From: a virus
Reading direction: 5' to 3' (one strand)
IMG/VR virus record: IMGVR_UViG_3300045988_143943
DNA length: 40,879 nt
The notes beneath the pieces are model-generated. The model was given only the letters and a program-made list of their open reading frames with translations. It was not told the DNA's origin and did not search any database. Below are positions 1 to 8,533 of the stretch, piece after piece (the first letter of the stretch is position 1; each line of letters starts with the position of its first letter). The position numbers and the translations under genes are program-made.

Positions 1-160
1 ATGTCAACAACAAAAATTGCAGATTTAATAAATCCAGAAGTAATGGCAGATATGATTTCAGCCAAAATAGAAAAAAAATTAGTGGTTACACCATTTGCTA
101 AAATAGATACTACATTAGTAGGGCAACCAGGAAATACTATAACAGTTCCACAATATGCGT
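1..160 (+). CDS. Major capsid protein, exon 1 (53 codons plus first base of codon 54)
   Basis: ATG with RBS AGGAAGGTGA (seen at 40787-40796 in the circular copy), directly after the scaffold gene. Encodes MSTTKIADLINPEVMADMISAKIEKKLVVTPFAKIDTTLVGQPGNTITVPQYA. The unspliced frame hits TAA at 160-162. Continues in frame at 1397 after intron removal. Confidence 0.8.
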
Positions 161-1396
161 AAAAATATGCGCCTTTACATAGTGATATGTATTGCAAACC
201 CTTTTAATTGCTGGAAACTCCTAAAGAGTTCATCTCACTTTAGGACAATCAGCAGCGAAGATTCATTAAATATATAACAATTCCTATTTATTGATATATT
301 GTCAAATTTATGATAAACTATAAATAGAGGTGATAATATGTCAAAGAGAAAAACTACAGAAGAATTTAAAAATGAAGTATATGACAAATTTGGAGACTCT
401 ATAGAAATTTTAGGTGAATACAAGACAAACAGAGATAAAATATTAGTTAAGTTTAAAGAATGCGGACACGAAGGGTATAAAGCACCTTCTAAGATATTAG
501 CTGGGCAAAGATGTGCTAAATGCGCTGGTAAAAGAATAGCTAAATCTAAAACTAAAACAACAGAACAATTTAAAAAAGACTTAACTAAAAACAACATTAA
601 CTATATAGAAGTTATTAGTGAGTATAAAGGAGTAAAGTATAAAATAGAAGTATTGAATAAAAAGTGTAACCATGTATATAGTGCGTTACCTGGCAATATT
701 TTAAGAGGTGCTGGATGCCCTGTATGCCATGGGTTTAAAGATACTAATAAATTTATTGAACAAATAAATCATAAATATCCTGAAGAATATGAAATAATAG
801 GAGAATATATAAATAACAAAACTCCTATATTAGTAAGACATAAATGCGGTTATGAATGGGAAGTAATACCAAAAGATTTAATGAGAGATATAAGATGTCC
901 TAAATGCATAATGTCAAAAGGAGAATTATTTATAAGTAAATATTTAGAAGAAAATAAAATAGATTTTAAACCTCAGTATAGATTTAAAGAATGTAGAGAT
1001 GTGCTAGAATTACCTTTCGATTTTATGGTTAATATAAAAGGGCAATTAAAGCTAATTGAATTTGATGGTAGCCAACATTTTGGCGAAAAATCTTCTAAAT
1101 ATCGAACTCCAAAAGTAAAAATACATGATGAAATAAAAAATAAATTTTGCAAAGATAATAATATTCCTTTATTAAGAATACCTTATTGGTGGTTAAGAAA
1201 TGATAGAATTATCAAGGAATTAGATAAATTTATATTTAATGAATAACGTTCAACGACTAGCCGAAAGGCGTACACCCAAGTGGGTGGAAATGGAGGGCAA
1301 CTCAAGGAGTTGATGATATAGTCTAATCTATATAGTAATATATAGCAGTTCATAAGAGAACGATACAAGATTAACGACCTTGTATGAATGTAAATG
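161..1396 (+). mobile_element. Group I self-splicing intron with internal homing endonuclease ORF
   Basis: The 5' exon ends in U160 and the intron ends in G1396. A short P1 is possible: GCGU 157-160 pairs with GCGC 169-172, including a U160-G169 wobble. Conserved core elements occur in the canonical order. P-like AATTGCTGGAAA 206-217. Q-like AATCAGCAGC 247-256. R-like GTTCAACGACTAG 1248-1260. S-like GATATAGTC 1315-1323. TTGCTG/CAGCAG can pair as P4 and GACTA/TAGTC as P7. Several short hairpins, some with GNRA-type loops (e.g. GCC-GAAA-GGC 1260-1269). The ORF sits between Q and R. Confidence 0.85.
338..1246 (+). CDS. Intron-encoded homing endonuclease: three zinc-ribbon repeats plus C-terminal Vsr-like / PD-(D/E)XK-type nuclease domain
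   Basis: 302 aa with its own RBS (GAGGTGA). Three ~60-aa repeats each carry a C-x-H/Y ... C-x-x-C motif: CGHEGY..CAKC, CNHVY..CPVC, CGYEW..CPKC. The C-terminus (LPFDFMV..LIEFDGSQHF..IHDEIK..IPLLRIPYW) resembles Vsr / DUF559-like endonuclease folds, as in EDxHD-type homing endonucleases. Confidence 0.7.
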   Translation: MSKRKTTEEFKNEVYDKFGDSIEILGEYKTNRDKILVKFKECGHEGYKAPSKILAGQRCAKCAGKRIAKSKTKTTEQFKKDLTKNNINYIEVISEYKGVKYKIEVLNKKCNHVYSALPGNILRGAGCPVCHGFKDTNKFIEQINHKYPEEYEIIGEYINNKTPILVRHKCGYEWEVIPKDLMRDIRCPKCIMSKGELFISKYLEENKIDFKPQYRFKECRDVLELPFDFMVNIKGQLKLIEFDGSQHFGEKSSKYRTPKVKIHDEIKNKFCKDNNIPLLRIPYWWLRNDRIIKELDKFIFNE

Positions 1397-2214
1397 ATAT
1401 AGGAGATGCAGTAGATGTAGCAGAAGGTGTTGCAGCAGAAACAGTAAAATTAACTACTACTTCAACAACTGCTACAGTAAAAAAAGCAATGAAGGCAGTA
1501 GAACTTACAGATGAAGCTGTGTTAAGTGGTTATGGCAATCCTGTAGGAGAAACAAATAATCAAATAGCAAAATCAATAGCTTCTAAAGTAGATAATGATG
1601 CAATAGATGCTTTATTTAATGCGCAATTAATTTATGATGGTTCAAGCGGAACTATAAATTATGACGGAATAGTTGATGCAGTAGATGTATTTGATGAAGA
1701 ATTGAATACAGAAAAAGCTATGTTTGTAAACCCTAAACAGGTTACACAATTAAGAAAAGATAGCAACTTTATATCTGCTGACAAATATACTGGTCAAGTA
1801 GTTATGAATGGAGAAATAGGTAAAATAGCTAATTGTAGAATTGTAGCAACTAAAAAAGCTAAATTAGTAGATGAGTGGTACTCTTTCTGTGAAAGTGGAA
1901 CAAATAGTGCAGTACAAGTAGCATCTGGAAACTTGGCAACAATACAAGCTACATTGCCAAATGCAAAAGAAGGTGATTTTGTATTAAAATCAACTACTCC
2001 AGTATACTTTAATCCAATTATAAAACTTAATAATGATGCTGAAACAGAAGAAGATACTGCTGCTTTAACTGTATATTTAAAAAGAGATACAAATGTAGAA
2101 ACAGATAGAGTATCTTTAGCAAGAAAAACTGATATATCTGCTGACAAACACTATACTGCAGTCTTATCAAATGCAGCTAAAGTTGTTTTAGCTAAATTTA
2201 AATCTAAAAAATAG
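1397..2214 (+). CDS. Major capsid protein, exon 2 (HK97-fold-like capsid)
   Basis: The track ORF 1384-2214 has no RBS. It starts inside a conserved capsid segment (IGDAVDVAEG...LTDEAVLSGYGNPVGE). Joining T160 to AT1397-1398 gives codon TAT and the sequence ...VPQYA-Y-IGDAVDVAEG. The spliced CDS is 978 nt (325 aa). Confidence 0.8.
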
Positions 2215-2224
2215 GTGATTCAAA

Positions 2225-2473
2225 ATGGATGATTTAGAAATGCTAAAGCTGATTTTAAGGGAGAAAGATTCTCCCTTTTTTAGTGATGAACAATTAAGAT
2301 TTTATGCAGAAAAAAATAACTATGACATAAATAAAACTGCTTATGAATGCCTTCTAGCCAAAGCAGAAGATGATAGTATTGCCTTACCAGGGGGATTAAG
2401 CTTGCCGAACAATAAAGAATACTGGTTAAGGCTTGCTAAAAAATACAGACCGAACGGAAGTAAGATCTTATGA
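2225..2473 (+). CDS. Putative head-tail connector / head completion protein (positional call)
   Basis: 82-aa ORF immediately after the capsid gene. Its stop overlaps the next start (ATGA). Confidence 0.45.
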   Translation: MDDLEMLKLILREKDSPFFSDEQLRFYAEKNNYDINKTAYECLLAKAEDDSIALPGGLSLPNNKEYWLRLAKKYRPNGSKIL

Positions 2474-2850
2474 TAAATAAAGAAAAAATCAAATCGAAAG
2501 TTGAAAAAGCAATAAAAAAGCTCCCTTCTTTAGGAGTGGTTAAGCGAGCTTACACAAATGATTTTGGAGAAAAGTCAGACTTACTTGAATTAGTATGTGA
2601 AATAGAAGGCTTATATCATGAATCAAATAATCAGTATGGCCAAAGTATAACATTGCAAAATAAAGCAGAGGTAATAAAAGAAAAAAGTATATATTTTTTA
2701 GTTGTATACGATGAGACTGCGAAGCTTATACAGAAAGATGACTATATATATATAAATGGCTATAAATATCAAATTAAAGATATTGGAAACGTAAATAAAA
2801 TGGATATTTATATGGATATGAGATTACAAGAGGTGAGTTACAATGAGTAA
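2470..2850 (+). CDS. Head closure / head-tail adaptor protein
   Basis: 126 aa, translationally coupled to its neighbours. The C-terminal pattern D.I.INGYKYQIKDI is typical of head-tail joining proteins. Confidence 0.55.
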   Translation: MINKEKIKSKVEKAIKKLPSLGVVKRAYTNDFGEKSDLLELVCEIEGLYHESNNQYGQSITLQNKAEVIKEKSIYFLVVYDETAKLIQKDDYIYINGYKYQIKDIGNVNKMDIYMDMRLQEVSYNE

Positions 2851-3271
2851 TTTCAACATGAATATAGACGAGTTAACAGATATGCTAGAACAAAAGAGAA
2901 ATAGGACAAAAGCAGCACTAGAAATATATGCTAATAGCTCAGCTCTAAAACTCCAAAATAATGCAAGAAGAAATAAACCTTGGACCAATAGAACTCACGA
3001 TGCTAGAAATAGACTTAATGCATCATGGGAATGGAAAAATGAGAATTTATTAAGTATTGCATTGTCGCATGGAGTTAATTATGGGATATATCTAGAAAAA
3101 GGAACATCGCCACACGTTATAACTGGAAATCCTTGGTTGTATTGGCAAGGGGCTAGTCATCCAGTTAAACGAGTAAATCATCCAGGGACAAAACCTTATC
3201 CAATTATAATGCCAACAATAAATGAAATAGGTCCACAGGTTATGGCTGGATTAAGCATACTTCTAAGGTAG
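2843..3271 (+). CDS. HK97 gp10-like head-tail joining / tail component protein
   Basis: 142 aa. Position in the module plus the motif HGVNYGIYLEKGT. Confidence 0.5.
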   Translation: MSNFNMNIDELTDMLEQKRNRTKAALEIYANSSALKLQNNARRNKPWTNRTHDARNRLNASWEWKNENLLSIALSHGVNYGIYLEKGTSPHVITGNPWLYWQGASHPVKRVNHPGTKPYPIIMPTINEIGPQVMAGLSILLR

Positions 3272-3634
3272 GTGATGCTAATGTTTCAAGATTTATATAG
3301 ATTTCTTAGAACTGGTGGATTAAAAGTGTACTCACTTGGCCAACAAGATAAAATTTGCACAGAGCCATATGTATTGATTTATGAAGCTGGAACAGAAGAT
3401 ACTTCAAGTAGTAAAAACTTAAAAAAGGAAAGCATAGAACTATGGGTATTTTATCCTTTTAATGAATACTCAAAAGTTGAAACTTATATAAAACAAGTTG
3501 AAAATACGATAAAAAAATTCGGAAAACTAAGAAAGAATTATGACAAGTATGCAATAGAAATTGATAACGATATGAAAGCGTATTATACAAAGCTTTCGTA
3601 TTTTAGATATGTATATAGAGAAGGAGGTAGATAA
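3272..3634 (+). CDS. Tail completion / tail terminator-like protein (start ambiguous: GTG 3272, ATG 3275 or ATG 3281)
   Basis: 120-aa ORF directly upstream of the major tail gene. Confidence 0.45.
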   Translation: MMLMFQDLYRFLRTGGLKVYSLGQQDKICTEPYVLIYEAGTEDTSSSKNLKKESIELWVFYPFNEYSKVETYIKQVENTIKKFGKLRKNYDKYAIEIDNDMKAYYTKLSYFRYVYREGGR

Positions 3635-3636
3635 AT

Positions 3637-4209
3637 ATGACAGCTACAGTAAAAAAAATAAATCAAATGCCACTATCAGATGTGTCATTGGTTAGAGTTG
3701 TAACTGAAACTGATATTTTTAGCTTCAAAACTTCTGATGAGATTTCAACAGAAGAAGTGGTTTCAGAAGGTGAAGAGCAAACGCTAAAATTAAAAGGTGA
3801 AATATATGCAAATAGAGAAGCTAAAGATACTGTACTTGGTTATGACTTGACTTGCAAAGACAATGTAATGTGTCCTGAACTTCTTAAAGTTATTCAGGGA
3901 GGTACTATCGAATACGATACAGATGGAAACACTTTCAAAAAATATACAGCACCGCCAGTAGGACAAAATGCATCAAAAATAGCATTTGATGTTGAAGTTT
4001 ATTCCGCAGAAGTAGGAACAGATGGGGATACTGGAAACTTTTCAAAAGTAACATTCCCAAGTTGTAAAGGAAAATCAGTACCTCTATCTTTTAAGGATGG
4101 TGAATATTATTCAAATGAATACACTATCCAGTCAAGACCAGAGAAAGGGACTGCACCTTATACAATAGAAAAGGTAACTGCTCTACCAAATGATACAGTA
4201 TCAGAATGA
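3637..4209 (+). CDS. Major tail protein
   Basis: 190 aa with RBS GGAGG. Lies upstream of the chaperone pair and tape measure and is followed by a strong terminator. No sheath gene is present, so the tail is siphovirus-type. Confidence 0.65.
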   Translation: MTATVKKINQMPLSDVSLVRVVTETDIFSFKTSDEISTEEVVSEGEEQTLKLKGEIYANREAKDTVLGYDLTCKDNVMCPELLKVIQGGTIEYDTDGNTFKKYTAPPVGQNASKIAFDVEVYSAEVGTDGDTGNFSKVTFPSCKGKSVPLSFKDGEYYSNEYTIQSRPEKGTAPYTIEKVTALPNDTVSE

Positions 4210-4274
4210 ACAAATAATATTCAAGAAAATGTTATAAATGATGAAATGAATATCTCTATAGAAGATAAAATAGA

Positions 4275-4304
4275 CCCCTCTAAATAATTTTAGAGGGGTT
4301 TTAT
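4275..4304 (+). terminator. Rho-independent terminator/attenuator after the major tail gene
   Basis: CCCCTCTAAA (4275-4284), loop TAAT, TTTAGAGGGG (4289-4298), then TTTTATT. Confidence 0.8.
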
Positions 4305-4324
4305 TATGAAAGGAAATAGATATA

Positions 4325-4774
4325 ATGGAAAATTTACAAGTAACAAGCTTAGACAAATTAAAACAAGTAAAACAAACTCAAATAGTAAGTTTAGGTAAAT
4401 TTGAAGACGGGACAGAACTCATAGCCGAGTTAAAAAGACCAGATATGTTAGCTTTTATAACAGAAGGCAAAATACCTAATACTCTTTTACAAGAAGCAGC
4501 AGAAGTATTTAACGGGAAAACTGAAACTGTAAATAAAGCTACTATAGATGGAGATGTTACAGCACTAAAACAATTAGGGGAATTATTAGAGTTTTTATGT
4601 GAAGAAACATTAGCAAATCCAAGTTATAAGGAAATAAAAGAAATAGGTTTAACATTACCGCTAGAAATGAAAACAACAATTCTTACTTATGTTCAAGCTG
4701 GGATTGATGGTTTAAAAAGCTTTCGTAAAGAGCAAGAACGTATTGAGGATAATCAATCAGTCGGAGAAATATAG
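4325..4774 (+). CDS. Tail assembly chaperone (gpG-like, short form)
   Basis: 149-aa acidic protein between the major tail and tape measure genes. Confidence 0.7.
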   Translation: MENLQVTSLDKLKQVKQTQIVSLGKFEDGTELIAELKRPDMLAFITEGKIPNTLLQEAAEVFNGKTETVNKATIDGDVTALKQLGELLEFLCEETLANPSYKEIKEIGLTLPLEMKTTILTYVQAGIDGLKSFRKEQERIEDNQSVGEI

Positions 4775-4973
4775 AAGATTACCAAGTGAAATAGCAAGAA
4801 TAAAAGATGAATACGTGGCTTTTTGTTTCGATGAAGCCTGTATGTATATATCAAGCCAACTTGAAGAAAAGAAAAAGCCACGATGGAGTGAAGATCTAAT
4901 AGACCAAGAAACAGGAAAGAAAAAAACATTTATATCAGAAGCATGGAAAAAACAAAGAAAGGAGGGTAAATAA
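4716..4973 (+). CDS. Tail assembly chaperone extension (gpT-like), reached by a +1 (or -2) frameshift from 4325-4774
   Basis: The +1 frame opens at 4716, directly after an in-frame TAA (4713-4715) and inside the A5 run 4714-4718. It runs to the TAATG overlap with the tape measure start. There is no SD for the nominal TTG at 4743. Confidence 0.5.
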   Translation, partial: KAFVKSKNVLRIINQSEKYRRLPSEIARIKDEYVAFCFDEACMYISSQLEEKKKPRWSEDLIDQETGKKKTFISEAWKKQRKEGK

Positions 4974-7900
4974 TGCCGGATACAAACTTAGGAACTGCAA
5001 CAGGCTATTTAAATCTTGATATTCATAACTGGAATAATGCATTAGATGATGCTAGAGAGAGTTTAAGGGAGTTTGAAAATAGTTCTAATTCTATGGGTGA
5101 TACGTTAAGAAATACACAACAAGCTACAAATGGAGCAAGTGATGCATTACGAAACACGAGTGATTCAGCCAGCAGAGCTAGAAGTGCTTTTGATGGTGTT
5201 AGACAGGTAAGTAGTAGTACGAGTGATGCTTTTGATGATATTGCAAGTTCGACATCTAGAACAAGAGATGAATTCAGTAGAACAACTCGAGAAGCACAGA
5301 GATTCGAAAGGCAAATGCAGAGATTAGAATATCAACTTGGTGGAGAAGTGCCACAAGCCACACGAGAGGCCTATCAAGAAATGTATAGACTTAGAAATGA
5401 ACAAAGAAGAGCATCGAGAACTTACGGAAGTTATTCTAGAGAAGCTATGCAAGCAAGAAATGCGATGACAGAATTTGCATTAAGTCTAGATGATAATACA
5501 TTTAGGCAAGTCTACATGAGAAGTCAATTAGGACTTACAGAGGGGCAACTTCAAAGACAAGCTAATAGTATACGACTTAATGCGAGAATGACTAGTTTAA
5601 TGGGAGACCAAACTCAAATTCTTACACAACGTATGCAAGGTTTACAGGCACATGGAATTAGACCAGAAATGTTATTGCCAGCATCAACTCCAGGACAATT
5701 CCGATTATTAAGTGAAGCGATGAATTTAGGAGTTTCACCACTAAATCGTCTATCTGCAGGATATAGAACGTTAGGTGGTAGAGTTGAAGGAGTTATAAAG
5801 AGATATTCAGCTCAGAAAGTAGCAGTAAGACTTGCACAAGGAGATATGACGAGATACGGATTGTTAATGAGAAGTTTGACTACTGGTACTGCCAATCTTG
5901 GACTTGCAATTCCAATTGTAGGAGTTGCTGCAATTACCGCATATGGAACTTTATTTAGTGCAGCTATGCAAGCAGATGAAGGATTGCAAAAGCTATGGGA
6001 TACTACAAAAAACAAATTAGCAAAAGCATTCGAACCTTTGATAGAAACTGCAGGGCAAGTTTTAGAAGTAGGCATGAAAGTTGTTGGTGTTATAGCTGAC
6101 TGGGTTGCAAAATTCAATGAGGCACATCCAATAATCGCAAAAGTAGCTAGTGTAGTTGCCTTGTTAGCACCAGCAATGACATTATTGTTATTACCTCTTT
6201 CTATGGGTGCTGGATTATGGAATGGTTGGATGGTTGCCCTCAATGGTGCTTGGACCATGATTGGTGGAGTTGTCACAATGATAGGGACTGCTACATCAAC
6301 CTTTTTCGCATTCGCTATACCAATTGCAGCGGTAACTGCTGGACTTATACATCTTTACAAAACAAATGAAACATTTAGGACTACTGTAAATAATGCCTGG
6401 CAATCGGTAAAAGAAAAGGCAAAGGATGTATTTGGTACACTTGAAAAGTATTTTACAGAAACTATTCCAAATGCATATAAAAAAGGTGGCATAAAAGGAG
6501 TTATAGATCAATTTGCAGATACATTTAAAAGTGGATTAGATAAGGTAAAATCATCATTACCTCAATGGCTAGAAAGCGGTAAAAGTATAGCTAGCAACCT
6601 GGCTCAAGGGATTAATCAGAATTTACCAGCTTTACAGTCAAAAGCAAGCGAAATAATATCAAACTTAGTAGCTGGAATCTTGAAAGTAGCACCGAAATTA
6701 ATAGAAACAGCAGGACAATTAATCCAAGCATGGCTAAAAATGTGGAGTAATAACGTAAAATTATTTTTAGATGCTGGATTTAAACTGCTTGAAATGATTA
6801 TGCAAGGTATAGCGCAAGCATTACCGACATTAATTGAAACTATAGTAAATGTTGTATCTACAGTAATAAACATCATAGCCGAAAACCTGCCAAAAGTAAT
6901 TGAAGCAGGAGTATACATTATAACTGCACTTGTAAATGGCATAAGTCAAAATCTACCAGCTATAGTTGATATAATAACAAATACACTAAGTTCTATAGTT
7001 AACATCATATTAGAAAATTTACCACTAATAATAGAAGCTGCAGCACAGATTATAACAACTCTAGCAGTTGCATTAGTAGAAAATTTACCAACATTACTAG
7101 AAGCTGCAGTAAAATTAGTTATTGAAATTGCTAGATGCATATTAGAAAATTTACCACTAATTATAGAAGCTGGTATTCAACTTGTAATAGCATTAGGACA
7201 AGCAATAATACAAGCATTGCCTCAGATAGTTGTAGCAATTAGAGAATTATTTGTCGGAATATTAGAGGTAATAGGTGAAGAAATAGGGAAATTAGGTCAA
7301 TTCTTATTGGGTAAAGCTATGGAAATAATTCCTCAAATTCAAAGTAAAATATCAGAACTATGGGAACAAATAAAAGTAACAGCAATGGAAAAAGCTCAAG
7401 AGTTATGGCAATCTATAGAACTATGGGCAAGTAACACATACAACAGTGTATCCATTTGGATTAGCAACTTAATAACATCAATAGGAACTTGGTTAAGTGG
7501 TTTACCTGAAAAGATAGGCTACATATTAGGATTTGTATTAGGAGTTATAACTAGTTGGGGAATTAATACATATAACTATTTTGCTACAAATATACCTCTA
7601 TGGATAGAAGCTATAGCAAATTGGTTTTCTCAATTACCTTCTCGAGTGGGCCAATGGCTTACAGATACTTATAATAAAGCAGCTCAATGGGGAAGCAATA
7701 TGTTATCGAAAGCACAAGAAACTGGTAGCCGATTTATAAGTGATACAATAAACTGGTTTCAACAATTACCAGGTCGAGTATGGAATTTCCTAAGCAATAC
7801 TTACAGTAAGGCTACTACATGGGCATCGCAAATGATTGCGAAAGCACAGCAAGCTGGAAGTCAATTTGTAAGTAGAATTGGAAGTACATTGTCAGCATTA

Positions 7901-8521
7901 CCTGGCCGAGTGTGGTCGTTTTTATCTAGCTGTATATCGAAAGCAACTAGCTTTGCATCACAATTTGGGGCAAAAGGACAAAAAGCTGCATCTGATTTTA
8001 AAAGTAAAATAGTGAGTGGAGTTAAGTCTATCCCAGGACAAATGGCAAGCATAGGTAAGCAGATAGTCCAAGGTATATGGAGAGGTATATCTGGAGCTGG
8101 AAGTTGGTTAAGAAGTCAAATATCTAATTTTGCCAGTGGAGTTGTGAAAGGATTTAAGGCAGGATTCAAGATAAACTCACCTTCTAAAATCATGCGAGAT
8201 GTAATTGGCGTTGGCATAGTAGAAGGTATCGGTGTCGGAATAGACCAAGAAGAAAACAGTTTGCTTGGAAAAGCTAAAAATCTAGCTAATAGCGTAGTTA
8301 GTGTTATGAACAATAATGCAACTACAATGGATTTAGTAGGAACTGCTAGAGGTTTAAGTGGCAACGTTAGCGCTGTAACTCAAACAACACAAAATAATAC
8401 AAGTAATTTTGCTAGTTTACTACATATAGAAAATCTAACTATAAACGATGATAAGGATATAGAAACTCTAGCAAATGATTTAGCATTCTACCTAAAAAGA
8501 AAAAATGTATTAACAGTATAA
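4973..8521 (+). CDS. Tape measure protein
   Basis: 1182 aa with hydrophobic central segments. Contains tandem 22-aa ENLP repeats and ~44-aa W/LPGRVW repeats (approx 7600-8010). Confidence 0.9.
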   Translation: MPDTNLGTATGYLNLDIHNWNNALDDARESLREFENSSNSMGDTLRNTQQATNGASDALRNTSDSASRARSAFDGVRQVSSSTSDAFDDIASSTSRTRDEFSRTTREAQRFERQMQRLEYQLGGEVPQATREAYQEMYRLRNEQRRASRTYGSYSREAMQARNAMTEFALSLDDNTFRQVYMRSQLGLTEGQLQRQANSIRLNARMTSLMGDQTQILTQRMQGLQAHGIRPEMLLPASTPGQFRLLSEAMNLGVSPLNRLSAGYRTLGGRVEGVIKRYSAQKVAVRLAQGDMTRYGLLMRSLTTGTANLGLAIPIVGVAAITAYGTLFSAAMQADEGLQKLWDTTKNKLAKAFEPLIETAGQVLEVGMKVVGVIADWVAKFNEAHPIIAKVASVVALLAPAMTLLLLPLSMGAGLWNGWMVALNGAWTMIGGVVTMIGTATSTFFAFAIPIAAVTAGLIHLYKTNETFRTTVNNAWQSVKEKAKDVFGTLEKYFTETIPNAYKKGGIKGVIDQFADTFKSGLDKVKSSLPQWLESGKSIASNLAQGINQNLPALQSKASEIISNLVAGILKVAPKLIETAGQLIQAWLKMWSNNVKLFLDAGFKLLEMIMQGIAQALPTLIETIVNVVSTVINIIAENLPKVIEAGVYIITALVNGISQNLPAIVDIITNTLSSIVNIILENLPLIIEAAAQIITTLAVALVENLPTLLEAAVKLVIEIARCILENLPLIIEAGIQLVIALGQAIIQALPQIVVAIRELFVGILEVIGEEIGKLGQFLLGKAMEIIPQIQSKISELWEQIKVTAMEKAQELWQSIELWASNTYNSVSIWISNLITSIGTWLSGLPEKIGYILGFVLGVITSWGINTYNYFATNIPLWIEAIANWFSQLPSRVGQWLTDTYNKAAQWGSNMLSKAQETGSRFISDTINWFQQLPGRVWNFLSNTYSKATTWASQMIAKAQQAGSQFVSRIGSTLSALPGRVWSFLSSCISKATSFASQFGAKGQKAASDFKSKIVSGVKSIPGQMASIGKQIVQGIWRGISGAGSWLRSQISNFASGVVKGFKAGFKINSPSKIMRDVIGVGIVEGIGVGIDQEENSLLGKAKNLANSVVSVMNNNATTMDLVGTARGLSGNVSAVTQTTQNNTSNFASLLHIENLTINDDKDIETLANDLAFYLKRKNVLTV
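6815..7276 (+). repeat. Seven tandem 66-nt (22-aa) coding repeats inside the tape measure gene
   Basis: The units are QALPTLIETIVNVVSTVINIIA, ENLPKVIEAGVYIITALVNGIS, QNLPAIVDIITNTLSSIVNIIL, ENLPLIIEAAAQIITTLAVALV, ENLPTLLEAAVKLVIEIARCIL, ENLPLIIEAGIQLVIALGQAII and QALPQIVVAIRELFVGILEVIG. Confidence 0.8.
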
Positions 8522-8533
8522 GGAGGTGTAGAA

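Noticed and set aside
1-79. Biological direct terminal repeat or a duplicated capsid gene start
   Set aside because: An exact 79-nt identity at the two contig ends, falling inside a coding sequence, is most simply an assembly overlap of a circular or circularly permuted genome.
235-597. 120-aa minus-strand ORF inside the intron (and 1183-1368 minus)
   Set aside because: It is antisense to the endonuclease ORF, with low-complexity hydrophobic translation and no RBS. This is a typical shadow ORF in AT-rich DNA.
161-1396. Group II intron, intein or simple gene disruption as explanations for the split capsid gene
   Set aside because: The intervening sequence starts AAAAAU rather than GUGYG. There is no reverse transcriptase or maturase, and it is only 1.24 kb, so it is not group II. 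The insert contains stops in the capsid frame, so it is not an intein. The P/Q/R/S elements and the U/G boundaries fit group I.
1384-2214. Track ORF treated as an independent gene starting at ATG 1384
   Set aside because: There is no SD upstream, and the first 4 codons (MNVN) lie inside the intron 3' end. The protein would lack the capsid N-terminus that is encoded at 1-160. It is better explained as exon 2 starting at 1397.
4711-4717. Canonical -1 slippery heptamer T TTA AAA in the chaperone gene
   Set aside because: After a -1 slip the frame reads AAG CTT TCG TAA and terminates after 3 codons. It cannot produce the gpT-like extension, which lies in the +1 frame.
5812-8364. Series of minus-strand ORFs inside the tape measure gene (5812-6276, 6296-6511, 6616-6942, 6946-7140, 7861-8052, 8116-8364)
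   Set aside because: All are antisense to a long, clearly coding repeat-rich gene. They have no RBSs and repetitive hydrophobic translations mirroring the sense-strand repeats.
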